Assembly (NCBI GenBank): GCA_049516875.1
Contig: JBEKSS010000003.1
Coordinates: 1-64,000 of the forward strand
Length of the DNA: 64,000 nt
Source of the DNA: Candidatus Bathyarchaeia archaeon
GTDB lineage: Archaea > Thermoproteota > Bathyarchaeia > Bathyarchaeales > Bathycorpusculaceae
Reading direction: 5' to 3'
A program made the translations under genes and the position numbers. The notes under the pieces were generated by a model. That model saw only the letters and a list, made by a program, of their open reading frames with translations, was not told where the DNA came from and ran no database searches. Positions 27,716 through 37,328 of the stretch are shown here, one piece after another (position 1 is the stretch's first letter; each line of letters starts with the position of its first letter).

Positions 27716-28759
27716 TTGAAGAACTTGACTAAATGTTTCGGCAACAGAAAAGCGTTGGACGGCGTAACTTTGCAGATCCAAGAAGGCGAAATCCTAGCGT
27801 TGCTGGGACCTAACGGGTCAGGAAAAACTACTTTGCTGAAAGTTCTGGCTTTCCTAGAAAAACCCACAGGCGGGGAAAACAAATTCCAAGGCGAGATAGT
27901 CACAGGAAAGAATGCGGAACGGATGCGACTGCAGAGCGCAATGGTGTTTCAAAGAACTCTCCTCTTCAGCACCACGGTCTATAACAACGTTGCGTACGGG
28001 CTGAAAATGCGGAAAATGCCGAAGAAAATCATCGAAGAAGAGGTCAAGAAAGCCTTGAAACTCGTGAAATTAGAAGGTTTCGAGAAACGTTCCGCTAAGA
28101 AACTTTCCGGCGGAGAAGAGCAAAGAGTAGCGTTAGCCAGAGCCTTGGTTCTAAAAACTAAGCTTCTCCTCTTGGACGAGCCTACCGCAAACTTGGACCC
28201 GAAGAACGCTTCAATACTCGAGGAAGTAATAGCCACGGTCAACCATGAACTAAAAACCACAATTGTGATGGCTACGCATAACATGTTCCAAGCCAAGACT
28301 TTGCCCCATCGCGTCGCACTAATAAACGATGGAAGGATATCCGAAGTTGGAACGACAGCAGAAATTTTTGGCAAGCTCTCAAAGAGTCTGGCCAGTTTCG
28401 CCGCAGTCGACAACACTTTCGCTGGAACTGCAAAAATCACGGAAGCAGGCACGACAATTGTAGACGTCGGCAATGGCGTGCAAATCGAAGCAACACTTCA
28501 AAAACAAGGTGAAACCTCCATCTTCATAAGCCCCCAAGACATAATCCTGTCTAAAAACCCACTGAAATCAAGCGCCAGAAACGTGTTCAAAGGCAAAATC
28601 ATCCAAATCGCAGATTTAGGCTTGCTCGTCAAGCTCACGGTTGACGTTGGAAAACCCTTCATGGTCCAGATAACCAAACGTTCTTTCAGTGAGATGGCGC
28701 TTAACCTGAACGTTGAAGTCTTCATCGTCTTTAAAGCGTCAAGCGTTCAGGCGATCTAG
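27716..28759 (+). CDS. tupC: Tungstate/molybdate ABC ATPase with TOBE domain
   Basis: GPNGSGKT, LSGGE, LLLDEP, SSARN TOBE motif. Confidence 0.88.
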   Translation: MKNLTKCFGNRKALDGVTLQIQEGEILALLGPNGSGKTTLLKVLAFLEKPTGGENKFQGEIVTGKNAERMRLQSAMVFQRTLLFSTTVYNNVAYGLKMRKMPKKIIEEEVKKALKLVKLEGFEKRSAKKLSGGEEQRVALARALVLKTKLLLLDEPTANLDPKNASILEEVIATVNHELKTTIVMATHNMFQAKTLPHRVALINDGRISEVGTTAEIFGKLSKSLASFAAVDNTFAGTAKITEAGTTIVDVGNGVQIEATLQKQGETSIFISPQDIILSKNPLKSSARNVFKGKIIQIADLGLLVKLTVDVGKPFMVQITKRSFSEMALNLNVEVFIVFKASSVQAI

Positions 28760-29019
28760 ATTGGGCTTTTTCTTTTCTCTGACAACTCATACAAGATGAC
28801 TGATGCCTCCCGAAAGACATATTCACCTAGTCGCCAGTTCGGCCACAGCCATATCAGGTTTTTCGCGCAGTATCGCCTCTAGTGCGCGCAAGCGCTTTAC
28901 GCTTCTACCGTTCCGCGCGGGCGCGCGATGTCTGCATGCGACATTAATCACACTTGGTCGCGCGCAGTTCCAAGCGAAACAAACAAACTAACAACAATTT
29001 CAAAAACGGCTTCATGATA

Positions 29020-29100
29020 CTGACCATACTCGTGATGTCACCAGTCCCTTCAGAGTAAGCCTGGACGACATCATCCTCATACTCGACGCTTTCCAGTTCG
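29020..29100 (+). pseudogene. Dockerin-like gene remnant
   Basis: RDVTSPFRVSLDDIILILDAF resembles an archaeal dockerin repeat; lies just past a GCGCGC cluster. Confidence 0.35.
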
Positions 29101-29202
29101 AAGAAGCCTGGTCATGCTTTGAAGCAGAGTTATTGTCGCCAGTTTAAGTGAGATTTCTTCAAAGCAGAACTTATAAACGTGATGCAATAATAGAAAACCA
29201 GA

Positions 29203-29760
29203 ATGCTTGCCCAAAAAGAACACAAGTTCTCCTACAAAATCTGGATAGAAGACAGAGGAAAGCCCATACTAGGCAAGGGCGGAGCCGAGATTCTTGAACA
29301 AATAGGAAAGGAGAAATCAATTTCAAAGGCTGCCAAAAAACTAGGCATGTCCTACCGTTACGTTTGGAACTACTTGCAGAAGATTGAAAAGACAGCCGAT
29401 GAACCTGTTGTGGAAACTTTCAGGGGTGGAAAGTCAGGAGGCGGTGGGGCCCAACTGACCGGGTTAGGGAAGAGCCTGCTGGGTGAGTACAAGCGCCTGG
29501 AAGCCCATTTGGGCGAGGTTCTGGGTGGGGAAAGTAGTCTGGAGGTGAAAAGATTGAAGATCAGCGCAAGAAACCGATTGAAGGGAAAGGTCACTCGTGT
29601 TGAGAAGGACGGCTTGATGGCAAAAGTCAAAGTTGAGATAACAGTGCCAGCCACTGTGACAGCCATGATTTCAAAGGAAGCGGTTGAAGACTTGGGCATA
29701 AAAGTTGGAGACCAAGTGGAAGCAATCGTGAAAGCAACTGAAGTGATGATAGCAAAATAG
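29203..29760 (+). CDS. modE: ModE-family regulator (wHTH + TOBE)
   Basis: SISKAAKKLGMSYRYVW, RGGKSGGGAQLT, ISARNRLKG. Confidence 0.88.
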   Translation: MLAQKEHKFSYKIWIEDRGKPILGKGGAEILEQIGKEKSISKAAKKLGMSYRYVWNYLQKIEKTADEPVVETFRGGKSGGGGAQLTGLGKSLLGEYKRLEAHLGEVLGGESSLEVKRLKISARNRLKGKVTRVEKDGLMAKVKVEITVPATVTAMISKEAVEDLGIKVGDQVEAIVKATEVMIAK

Positions 29761-29991
29761 AACCCAACTGAAGGAAATCCCCCGCACGATGCATGCAGAA
29801 CAAGAACAAAGAAGCTCCAGCTGACTGATATCATTCGAAAAAGTCCATTTTAGCTTTTGAGAATACTGGTTTGAGAAGGCAGCTTTCCTCGAAAGAGGGG
29901 AAATGCAGCAACCCAGTCATGTAGAAACAGTGCTTCAAGAAAGGTTTACATTTGAAAGGGCAGATACGTTAAGTGTGATTGTAACGACTTC

Positions 29992-30330
29992 ATGGAGAAT
30001 GTAGCAGTGGACGACAACACTAGACGCATAGCGAGGCAACGTGTTCAAACGCTCTTCAGTTTGGCAAAAAACAACTTTGACAAAGACCCAGCGATGGCAC
30101 AACAATATGTGGACACCGCTAGAAAAATAGCCATGTCGGCAAAGATTCGTTTGCCAAGAGAATACAGGCGCCAAATCTGCAGGCACTGCAAAAGCTTCGT
30201 CTTGCCAGGTGTCAACTGTCGCGTACGGATAAAACAGTTGAGAGAACCGCATGTCGTAATTACGTGCCTTAACTGCGGGAAACAAACGCGAATACCCCTA
30301 TCAAAAAAAGAAGGAAGACTGAAATCATGA
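29992..30330 (+). CDS. rnp4: RNase P protein subunit Rpp21
   Basis: IARQRV..LF, ICRHC..F..PG.N..VR, TCLNCG. Confidence 0.92.
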   Translation: MENVAVDDNTRRIARQRVQTLFSLAKNNFDKDPAMAQQYVDTARKIAMSAKIRLPREYRRQICRHCKSFVLPGVNCRVRIKQLREPHVVITCLNCGKQTRIPLSKKEGRLKS

Positions 30331-30607
30331 GCAGAATGACTGCTGGAAAGAAACGGTACGTTAAGCGCACGCTTGCGCAGGGAAAGCCTACGGTGTTTAT
30401 GGGTAAAAGCGGCGCTTCGCAAGAACTATTGAAGGAAATCGAGAAACAATTAAAGAAAGAACAGATGGTTAAAGTTAGGATCTTGAAAAGCGCCCTCGCC
30501 CATGATGAGGCAAAACAGATTGCTCGAGGATTACTAAACAAACAGAAGCATCATTGGTTGAAGTCAGAGGCTACACGTTCATGCTTCACAAATCTGACAA
30601 AAAGTGA
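30327..30607 (+). CDS. YhbY/CRM RNA-binding protein, frameshifted near 30524
   Basis: KPTVFMGKSG...VKVRILKS, continuing in another frame as ITKQTEASLVEVRGYTFMLHKSDKK*. Confidence 0.85.
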
Positions 30608-30666
30608 AAGCCTTTATATGAGGCTTCATGATTTTACTGGAAGAAACGCCAAGAGGGCAAAGAGTC

Positions 30667-31134
30667 TTGATAACTCCCAACGATGTTCCAGCATCCAAAC
30701 TCATAGAAAAACTAGCCAAGTACCTGAAAGAAAACGTGGATGCTGTAACTCCGCCCACGTGGGCCAGCATGGCAAAGACCGGCACACATGTCGAAAAACA
30801 GCCGCAAAACCCAGACTGGTGGTACGTCCGGTCGGCTTCTCTGTTAAGAAAAATCTATGTCCATGGCCCAATAGGCATCGAGAAGCTAAGAGCTTATTAC
30901 GGCGGAAGAAAGAACTACGGAGTCAAACCCAGCCACGTAGCCAAAGCAGGCGGCTCAATTGTGAGAAAGGCACTTCAGCAGCTGGAAACCGCAGGTTACA
31001 TTGAAACATTCAAACCTCGCGGAAGGAGACTGACCCGCGAGGGAAGAAAGCTTCTGCGGGAATTGACTGAAGAGCTTGGCAGGGAGTTGGTGAAGGAGCT
31101 TCCAGAACTGGAGAAGTACCAGAAAGGTGAGTGA
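30667..31134 (+). CDS. rps19e: 30S ribosomal protein S19e
   Basis: KTG...E..P.NPDWWYVRSASLLRK.Y...YGG, IVRKALQQLE. Confidence 0.95.
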   Translation: MITPNDVPASKLIEKLAKYLKENVDAVTPPTWASMAKTGTHVEKQPQNPDWWYVRSASLLRKIYVHGPIGIEKLRAYYGGRKNYGVKPSHVAKAGGSIVRKALQQLETAGYIETFKPRGRRLTREGRKLLRELTEELGRELVKELPELEKYQKGE

Positions 31135-31465
31135 AATGTCAGATGAAGAACTGGAAGAACTCCGCAGGAAAAAGCTTTCAGCGCTTCAAAGGCAAGTATC
31201 CGATGAGCAGAGAAGCGCCCAAATGGAACAACAACTGGAGCAGCAGAAACAGGCACTACTGAGAAATATACTGACGCCCGAAGCTAGGCAGAGATTGACA
31301 AACCTGAAAATGGTCAAACCTGAATTTACAGATCAATTAGAGTTGCAGCTTATCCAGTTGGCACAGCAGGGAAAAATACCAATCCCACTAGCGGATGAGC
31401 AGCTCAAGAAGATACTGGTCCAGCTTCAATCTCGTAAACGCGAAACAACAATAAGAAGGAAATGA
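31127..31465 (+). CDS. PDCD5-like DNA-binding protein
   Basis: [10 protein letters not shown]...[16 protein letters not shown]; conserved position after rps19e. Confidence 0.92.
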   Translation: MSEMSDEELEELRRKKLSALQRQVSDEQRSAQMEQQLEQQKQALLRNILTPEARQRLTNLKMVKPEFTDQLELQLIQLAQQGKIPIPLADEQLKKILVQLQSRKRETTIRRK

Positions 31466-31467
31466 GC

Positions 31468-31623
31468 ATGACGCGAAACAAGCCAACGGCAAAGAAACGC
31501 AGGCTGGCAAAAGCTGGAAAACAGAAGAGGCCAGTCCCAACATGGGTTATAGCCAAGACAGCGGGCAAATTCAGATCGACTCCCAAGAGAAGGCAATGGC
31601 GAACAAGGAAGATAAGGGCCTAG
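31468..31623 (+). CDS. rpl39e: 50S ribosomal protein L39e (not in ORF track)
   Basis: Manual translation [31 protein letters not shown]...[11 protein letters not shown]. Confidence 0.93.
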   Translation: MTRNKPTAKKRRLAKAGKQKRPVPTWVIAKTAGKFRSTPKRRQWRTRKIRA

Positions 31624-31634
31624 GAGGGAAAGGC

Positions 31635-32138
31635 TTGACGGAACAAGAGAACAAGGAAGAAGAGCAGAAAACTGAGGAAGCACAAGAAGAAATAACTGAA
31701 ACCGTCGAAGAGACACCGGAAAAGGAGGCAGAAGAAGGCGTTACTCCAGAAGAGGCCGAACCCAAGGAGGAAGAGAAGCAGGCACCTTCCGAGAAGGAAG
31801 AAGTCAAGCCGTCCTTGCGGAAAAAGAAGACTGAGGAAGAAGAGATAGTTGAAGAAAGAATTTACACAGTTCCTCTAGGCAAGGCCTGGATTATGCCGCC
31901 GAGAAAGAGAACGCCAAGAGCGATGCGGATGATTAGAGCCTTCGTAATCAAGCATATGAAGCTGGAAGCCAAAAAAGAGGAAGAAGAGGAAGAAGAGCCT
32001 AGAAAACTGGTTATTAGTAACGAAGTGAATGAGAAGGTGTGGGAAAGGGGCGTAGAGAAACCTCCTAGAAAAATTCGGATAAGAGCTGCAAAAGACAAAG
32101 AAGGCAATATTACGGTTTATCTGGCTGAAGGAGATTAA
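31635..32138 (+). CDS. rpl31e: 50S ribosomal protein L31e with acidic N-terminal extension
   Basis: ERIYTVPL...RTPRA...VNEKVWERG.EKPPRKIR; GGAGG RBS then TTG. Confidence 0.92.
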   Translation: MTEQENKEEEQKTEEAQEEITETVEETPEKEAEEGVTPEEAEPKEEEKQAPSEKEEVKPSLRKKKTEEEEIVEERIYTVPLGKAWIMPPRKRTPRAMRMIRAFVIKHMKLEAKKEEEEEEEPRKLVISNEVNEKVWERGVEKPPRKIRIRAAKDKEGNITVYLAEGD

Positions 32139-32141
32139 TCC

Positions 32142-32849
32142 TTGGCCATCTACATTTCAAGTCTTATGGGAAGCGCAAGCATAGGTGTCTATTCACTTGC
32201 AACAGACAGAATGCTTATAGTTCCAAAATCTGTACCGGCCAAAAAGGCTGAAAGACTCAGCCGATGGTTGAAAGTCAACCTGGTACAGACGGCAATCGGC
32301 GGAACCGCACTTGCAGGTGCACTTGCGTGTGCGAATTCAAACGGAATCCTCCTTCCCAGCTTCGTTCGAGAAGAGGAGCTTGAAAGCATAAGGTGCAGTT
32401 TCAAAGGAAACATAACGATAATGGAAACCAAGAAAACTGCGTACGGAAACTTGGTTCTGGCAAACGATCACGGCGCAATTGTTGACCCACGATTGAAGAG
32501 TTCGGAGCTGCAGAGCATATCTGAGACTCTGTGTGTTGAGACCGTTCCAAGCGAAATTGCCGGACTACCGTACGTCGGCTCCCTATCGGTGGCCACAAAC
32601 AAAGGCGTTTTAGCACATCCTTTGTTGAAGGACTCGGAAAGGAAAACCTTGGAAGATGTGTTGAAAGTTCCAGTCGATGTTGGTACAATAAACTGTGGAA
32701 TACCCTACGTCGGAACTGGTCTGATCGCCAACAGCCATGCCGCCGTTGCTGGTTTGTTTACGACAGGACCCGAGATGTTTATAATTGGGAGTGCTTTGGA
32801 TGTTGTAAAAGAGGATGAAGAGATTGAAAGTTTTCAAAGTAATAGGTGA
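32142..32849 (+). CDS. eif6: Translation initiation factor 6
   Basis: GNLVLANDHGA, GTINCG.PYVG.G..AN, TTGPE. Confidence 0.95.
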   Translation: MAIYISSLMGSASIGVYSLATDRMLIVPKSVPAKKAERLSRWLKVNLVQTAIGGTALAGALACANSNGILLPSFVREEELESIRCSFKGNITIMETKKTAYGNLVLANDHGAIVDPRLKSSELQSISETLCVETVPSEIAGLPYVGSLSVATNKGVLAHPLLKDSERKTLEDVLKVPVDVGTINCGIPYVGTGLIANSHAAVAGLFTTGPEMFIIGSALDVVKEDEEIESFQSNR

Positions 32850-33063
32850 AATCCTGAAACCGAATCTGAAGACTTCTTTCAGAAAGGAGATAGTGGCAGA
32901 GAAAGCTGAGCATGCTGTGGAAAAGGTTTACGCCGAGTTAGGAAGCAAACACCGTGTTAAGCGTTACCACATAAAGATAACAAGTGTCGAAGAGATCCCT
33001 CCCGACCAGATAGAAAACCCGTTGCTGAAGAAAATTGTCACCGGTGAGGAAGAGGTTGGCTAG
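32815..33063 (+). CDS. rpl18a: 50S ribosomal protein L18a/LX
   Basis: EKVYAELGSKHRVKR..I.I..VEEI. Confidence 0.9.
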   Translation: MKRLKVFKVIGEILKPNLKTSFRKEIVAEKAEHAVEKVYAELGSKHRVKRYHIKITSVEEIPPDQIENPLLKKIVTGEEEVG

Positions 33064-33493
33064 CAAAAACGAGGAAGAGATTCGAAAAATCAGCGTTGAA
33101 CTGCGATTTCTCGAGCAAACGGCAGAGGCGTTACAGTCTAGACTCAACATGTTAAATGCTGTTACCACGGACTTGACCTACGCAAACATGACATTAGAGA
33201 GCCTGGAAAAAGAAAAGGAGAACTCCGAGCTTCTCGTCCCAATCGGCGGCACCTCATACATCAGGGCAAAACTGTACAACCCAGACAAGATAATCGTTGG
33301 AATAGGCGCAGGAGTCTCGGTTGAAAAGACGCGTCAAGAAGCAAAGGAGGTCATCAAAAAGCGTATGGAAGACTTGGGGAAGGCAAGAACAGCAACGCAA
33401 CAACAATTCGCCCAAGTCGCAGAGAAAATCAGCGAAGATAGAGAGAAATTCGAGGCGCTAGTTGCCACGGTAAGAGGAGAGAAAACTTCCTAA
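33056..33493 (+). CDS. pfdA: Prefoldin alpha subunit
   Basis: LLVPIGG.SY, IVGIGAGVSVEK, coiled coils. Confidence 0.92.
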   Translation: MASKNEEEIRKISVELRFLEQTAEALQSRLNMLNAVTTDLTYANMTLESLEKEKENSELLVPIGGTSYIRAKLYNPDKIIVGIGAGVSVEKTRQEAKEVIKKRMEDLGKARTATQQQFAQVAEKISEDREKFEALVATVRGEKTS

Positions 33494-33494
33494 A

Positions 33495-34400
33495 ATGTTC
33501 GAGAAGCTGAAATCAGGGTTAAAAGGACTTGTAAACAAGGTCACCACAACCGAACTCAAACCCGAAAACCTGCATCCACTGCTCTCCGAGTTCAAGATGA
33601 ATCTCGTCGAGAACGACGTTGCGTTCCCAGTTGCAGAACGGGTTTGCGACGAAATGGAGAAACGTTTGGACAAAGTCCAGGTTAAGCGACTCGAAGACCG
33701 TAAAAAAATCGTGGAGAAGAACCTCCGGGAAGTTCTTATGGAAACGATGCAGACGAACAGCAGGATAGATCTACTAAAGGCTATTCAAGAGAAACGAAAG
33801 AAAGGCGAACCATACGTCATTGTCTTTGTTGGAATAAACGGCACTGGAAAAACCACGACCATTGCCAAAGTCTGCCGCTTCTTAAACAAGAAAGGATACT
33901 CCGCTGTCATTGCCTGCAGCGACACCTACCGAGCCGGTTCCATTGAACAATTGGAAGAACATGCCAAAAGACTGGGAACAAAGATGATCAAACACGCTTA
34001 CGGGGCTGACCCTGCGGCAGTTGCCTATGACACGATAAGCCACGCCAAAGCACACGGAATAAACGTTGTCCTAATAGACACTGCGGGACGAATGCAGACA
34101 AACAAAAACTTGATGAACGAACTGGCAAAAATCAAACGAGTCGTAAACCCAGACCTGACGATTTTAACCTTGGATTCCCTCATTGGAAACGACGCCGTCA
34201 TGCAGGCAGAAGAGTTCAACAAATGCGTGGGAATAGACGCCACGATATTGACGAAGGTTGACGCTGACGTCAAGGGCGGCTCAGCCTTGAGCGTGACGCA
34301 CGTCACCCAGAAACCAATCTTGTTCATCGGAACAGGGCAAAGATACGACGATTTAGAAGAGTTCAACCCAGAAAGATTCGTCCAAATGATCCTCAAATGA
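33495..34400 (+). CDS. ftsY: SRP receptor FtsY
   Basis: GINGTGKTTT, DTYRAG, DTAGR, TKVDAD.KGG. Confidence 0.95.
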   Translation: MFEKLKSGLKGLVNKVTTTELKPENLHPLLSEFKMNLVENDVAFPVAERVCDEMEKRLDKVQVKRLEDRKKIVEKNLREVLMETMQTNSRIDLLKAIQEKRKKGEPYVIVFVGINGTGKTTTIAKVCRFLNKKGYSAVIACSDTYRAGSIEQLEEHAKRLGTKMIKHAYGADPAAVAYDTISHAKAHGINVVLIDTAGRMQTNKNLMNELAKIKRVVNPDLTILTLDSLIGNDAVMQAEEFNKCVGIDATILTKVDADVKGGSALSVTHVTQKPILFIGTGQRYDDLEEFNPERFVQMILK

Positions 34401-34431
34401 ACACAGCACGCGGACGCTGTAGCCGAATAGT

Positions 34432-35346
34432 CTAGTACTTTTCAAGCAGTTTCAGCAGAATTGTTTTTGCGGAGTACAGCCGGTTCTCGCTCTGTTCATA
34501 TATCAATGATTTTGGACTTTCAATGACTTCTGCGGTTATTTCGTATCCCCTGTGGATCGGCATGTCATGCATCACATAGGCGCTGCTGTTCTTCAACAAT
34601 TCCATGCTTAACTGATAAGGCATCATCAGCTTGACTCGTTTCTCCTTTTCCACCGCGAATTTCGGGTCAGTGAAGAACTCCATATCCACCCAAGTGTCAG
34701 TGTAAACGAAGTCCGCATCCCTAACAGCCGCTTCCACGTCAAGTGTTGTCTCCCAAAGCCCAGTTCCCCGGGCATCTTCCAGAAGTTCATCGTCACGCGC
34801 AGGCTCATTGAATACCGGCGTCACAGTGGTTATTCTGACGCCCGTCTTGGTGCATCCCTCCACGAGCGAGTTGCAAACGTTGTTATGGATACCTATGTAG
34901 ACGAGTTTCGCACCCTTCAACTTCCCCTTCTTCTCTTTGAGAGTAATCAAGTCAGCGATTGCCTGGCTGGGATGATACTTTTCGTCGCAGCCGTTGATAA
35001 CAGGGACGCGTGAATTCTTGGCCATAGCTTCCAGATCAGTGTTTTTCAGCAGCCTCGCCATTATGCAGTCAACATTGCGAGAGAGATATTGAGTCTCATC
35101 ACCTATGTTTGCAAGGGCAAAGTTCGTCGTCCTCCAGTCGATGAAGAGGCCGTGGCCACCGAGTTGAGTCATGGCTACCTCAAAAGAGACCCGTGTTCTG
35201 GTGGAAGTTTTTTGAAAAATAAGAGCTAGAGACTTGCCCTCCAATGCCTTTCGATACTTTCCGGGGTCACGCTTGATTTGGATACCCTTATCAACCATTT
35301 CTGCAAGTTGCTGTCCACTCAATTCCTTAAAATTAATCAGATGCAT
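34432..35346 (-). CDS. argF: Ornithine carbamoyltransferase
   Basis: STRTR, HPSQ, DTWVDM, HDMP. Confidence 0.88.
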   Translation of the reverse strand: MHLINFKELSGQQLAEMVDKGIQIKRDPGKYRKALEGKSLALIFQKTSTRTRVSFEVAMTQLGGHGLFIDWRTTNFALANIGDETQYLSRNVDCIMARLLKNTDLEAMAKNSRVPVINGCDEKYHPSQAIADLITLKEKKGKLKGAKLVYIGIHNNVCNSLVEGCTKTGVRITTVTPVFNEPARDDELLEDARGTGLWETTLDVEAAVRDADFVYTDTWVDMEFFTDPKFAVEKEKRVKLMMPYQLSMELLKNSSAYVMHDMPIHRGYEITAEVIESPKSLIYEQSENRLYSAKTILLKLLEKY

Positions 35347-35456
35347 GTCTTCCACCTTTAGCTGAGCTTTAAACGCTTCAACCAATTTCAACAATTATAA
35401 GCTTTGTGCAAACCTTTTTCTCAGAAGACCATACCTCACATATGGAAGAGTGGACG

Positions 35457-36281
35457 ATGATTCTGGTTGTGGCCTCAAACAAGGATCCAGCAAGCCTGAA
35501 CATCAAAAAGCAGATTCTGACCCATTACCGTTTCAACGAAACAACAGAAAGATTCCAAGAAAACACGACCTATGCCAGCCAAGTCAACAGCAAAGATGTC
35601 AAGCTCATAACCCTAAACCAAGAATCCATACACGCGCAGGATTTGACCACGTTCTTCACAGAACCAGAACTTGTAGTGTTCATTTCAAGACACAGCAGCA
35701 TGAGCGGTACACCGACTCTTTCGGTTCACACACCCGGCAATTTGGGCGAAGCAGAGCTTGGCGGTAACCCGAGGGATGTTTCGGTTTCTCCAGCTAATGC
35801 AATGCGAGACGCTTTGAAGGTCATGGCGAAAATGAAAGAAGAAATACAGCTCAAGTATCAAGTTTCATATGAAAGCACTCATCACGGACCATCATTGAAT
35901 GCCCCAACCATGTTTGCCGAACTTGGAAGCTCACCTGAACAATGGAGCGATGCAGCAGCTGCTGAAGCCGTTGCACATGCGACAATGGAGGCGGTCTCAA
36001 AATTCGGCAGTTTTCCAGCCGAAACAGTTCTGGGCATAGGTGGACCGCACTACAACAGCAAGTTTACTAGGAAGGCCTTAGAGAAGCAAGTTGCGTTCGG
36101 ACACATGATCGCTAAGCATTCCGTACCGCAGATAAGCTCAGAAATACTTCAGCAATGCATCAGAAAAACGTTAGAAAAAGTAGAATACGTTGTCCTGGAC
36201 TGGAAAGGAATAAGGGGAGACGACAAACCGAGACTGATCGAAATGCTCAACGAGACAGGCCTTCAGATCCAAAAAGTTTAA
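35457..36281 (+). CDS. dtdA: D-aminoacyl-tRNA deacylase (archaeal)
   Basis: SRH.S...TLSVH.PGN, E.THHGP, ELGS, GGPHY. Confidence 0.92.
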   Translation: MILVVASNKDPASLNIKKQILTHYRFNETTERFQENTTYASQVNSKDVKLITLNQESIHAQDLTTFFTEPELVVFISRHSSMSGTPTLSVHTPGNLGEAELGGNPRDVSVSPANAMRDALKVMAKMKEEIQLKYQVSYESTHHGPSLNAPTMFAELGSSPEQWSDAAAAEAVAHATMEAVSKFGSFPAETVLGIGGPHYNSKFTRKALEKQVAFGHMIAKHSVPQISSEILQQCIRKTLEKVEYVVLDWKGIRGDDKPRLIEMLNETGLQIQKV

Positions 36282-36323
36282 CCTTGTCCTTTAACAACTT
36301 TCCCTTTGTACGAGAAGAATTAG

Positions 36324-37013
36324 ATGAAAACCATTGAAGCAAGCGCGTTGATTCTATTACTGTTATTTGCAGCTTCAATTGTCAGCGTTTCAGCCGTGAC
36401 AAGCTTCAGTTTTGGTGGAAAAAGTGGAGACTGGATAAAATACGAGTTGCAAGAAACATTCAGTTTGGCAGGTGAGCAATCGGAGACAATAGAGTTTCTG
36501 AACGTTACAGGGACAACGGTGACGGTTCGGGCGACATTTTACATGGGGAGCTTGCCAATGAACAAAACACAGACCGTTGATTTGACATCCCAAGATGATT
36601 TTTCAATGGCACCATGGTTCAATGCACGTGTGTATTTCATTCCTGGAGGATTGGACATAAATGATTCCATTTACCTAGGCGAACCGTTTGGCAATACAAC
36701 CATCGTGGGCGAAACAACGGGATCTTACGCAGGCGCAGACAGAAGAGTCATCTACGCAAACTTCACAACAAAGCAAGGTAACAACTACACCTTTTACTGG
36801 GACAAACAGACTGGTGTCTTGACAGAGGGAACGATGGTTCTCGGTACCGGATTTACAGATGTCCTCGTGAGCGACACAAACATGTGGAGCCCGGAAGTAC
36901 CATGGTGGCTCTGGATCGTCCTCTGGATCATCATCATAATTGTCATTGCGCTTGGCGTGTTATCCTCAAAAAAGAGCATTGTGAAAAGGTTTCGCAGAAA
37001 ACGCGATGCTTAG
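36324..37013 (+). CDS. Secreted/membrane-anchored hypothetical protein
   Basis: Signal peptide, K.GDWIKY and YWDKQTGVL motifs, C-terminal TM plus basic tail. Confidence 0.75.
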   Translation: MKTIEASALILLLLFAASIVSVSAVTSFSFGGKSGDWIKYELQETFSLAGEQSETIEFLNVTGTTVTVRATFYMGSLPMNKTQTVDLTSQDDFSMAPWFNARVYFIPGGLDINDSIYLGEPFGNTTIVGETTGSYAGADRRVIYANFTTKQGNNYTFYWDKQTGVLTEGTMVLGTGFTDVLVSDTNMWSPEVPWWLWIVLWIIIIIVIALGVLSSKKSIVKRFRRKRDA

Positions 37014-37328
37014 CTTGCCTCCGTTACAGGTCATTTCTTCTGTCCGTTTCTCAAGAGGCGCAGGCTGCAAACAGTCGCCAACAGGCCTCATCTTGACAGG
37101 ATAAAGAAGCAATTCAAGACTTGACGATGAAGGCAGCTCAGAAGAGCATGAAGAGAGCTGCTTATGAACAAATGTAGACGATTTGACAGACTCGAATGCC
37201 AAGATTGCATTTACAAGGCGCGTCGCACGCGCCACTCAGCGAAAGAAGACAGAAGCCTCTTCTAGTACTTAGTTAGACAAACTCTTAATTTAACGCGTGG
37301 CATATAGTCCATAGAGAAAGGGGACGCG

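Noticed and set aside
30327-31004. 225-aa YhbY fusion ORF overlapping rps19e
   Set aside because: This results from the frameshift near 30524. The true YhbY C-terminus ends at 30607 in another frame.
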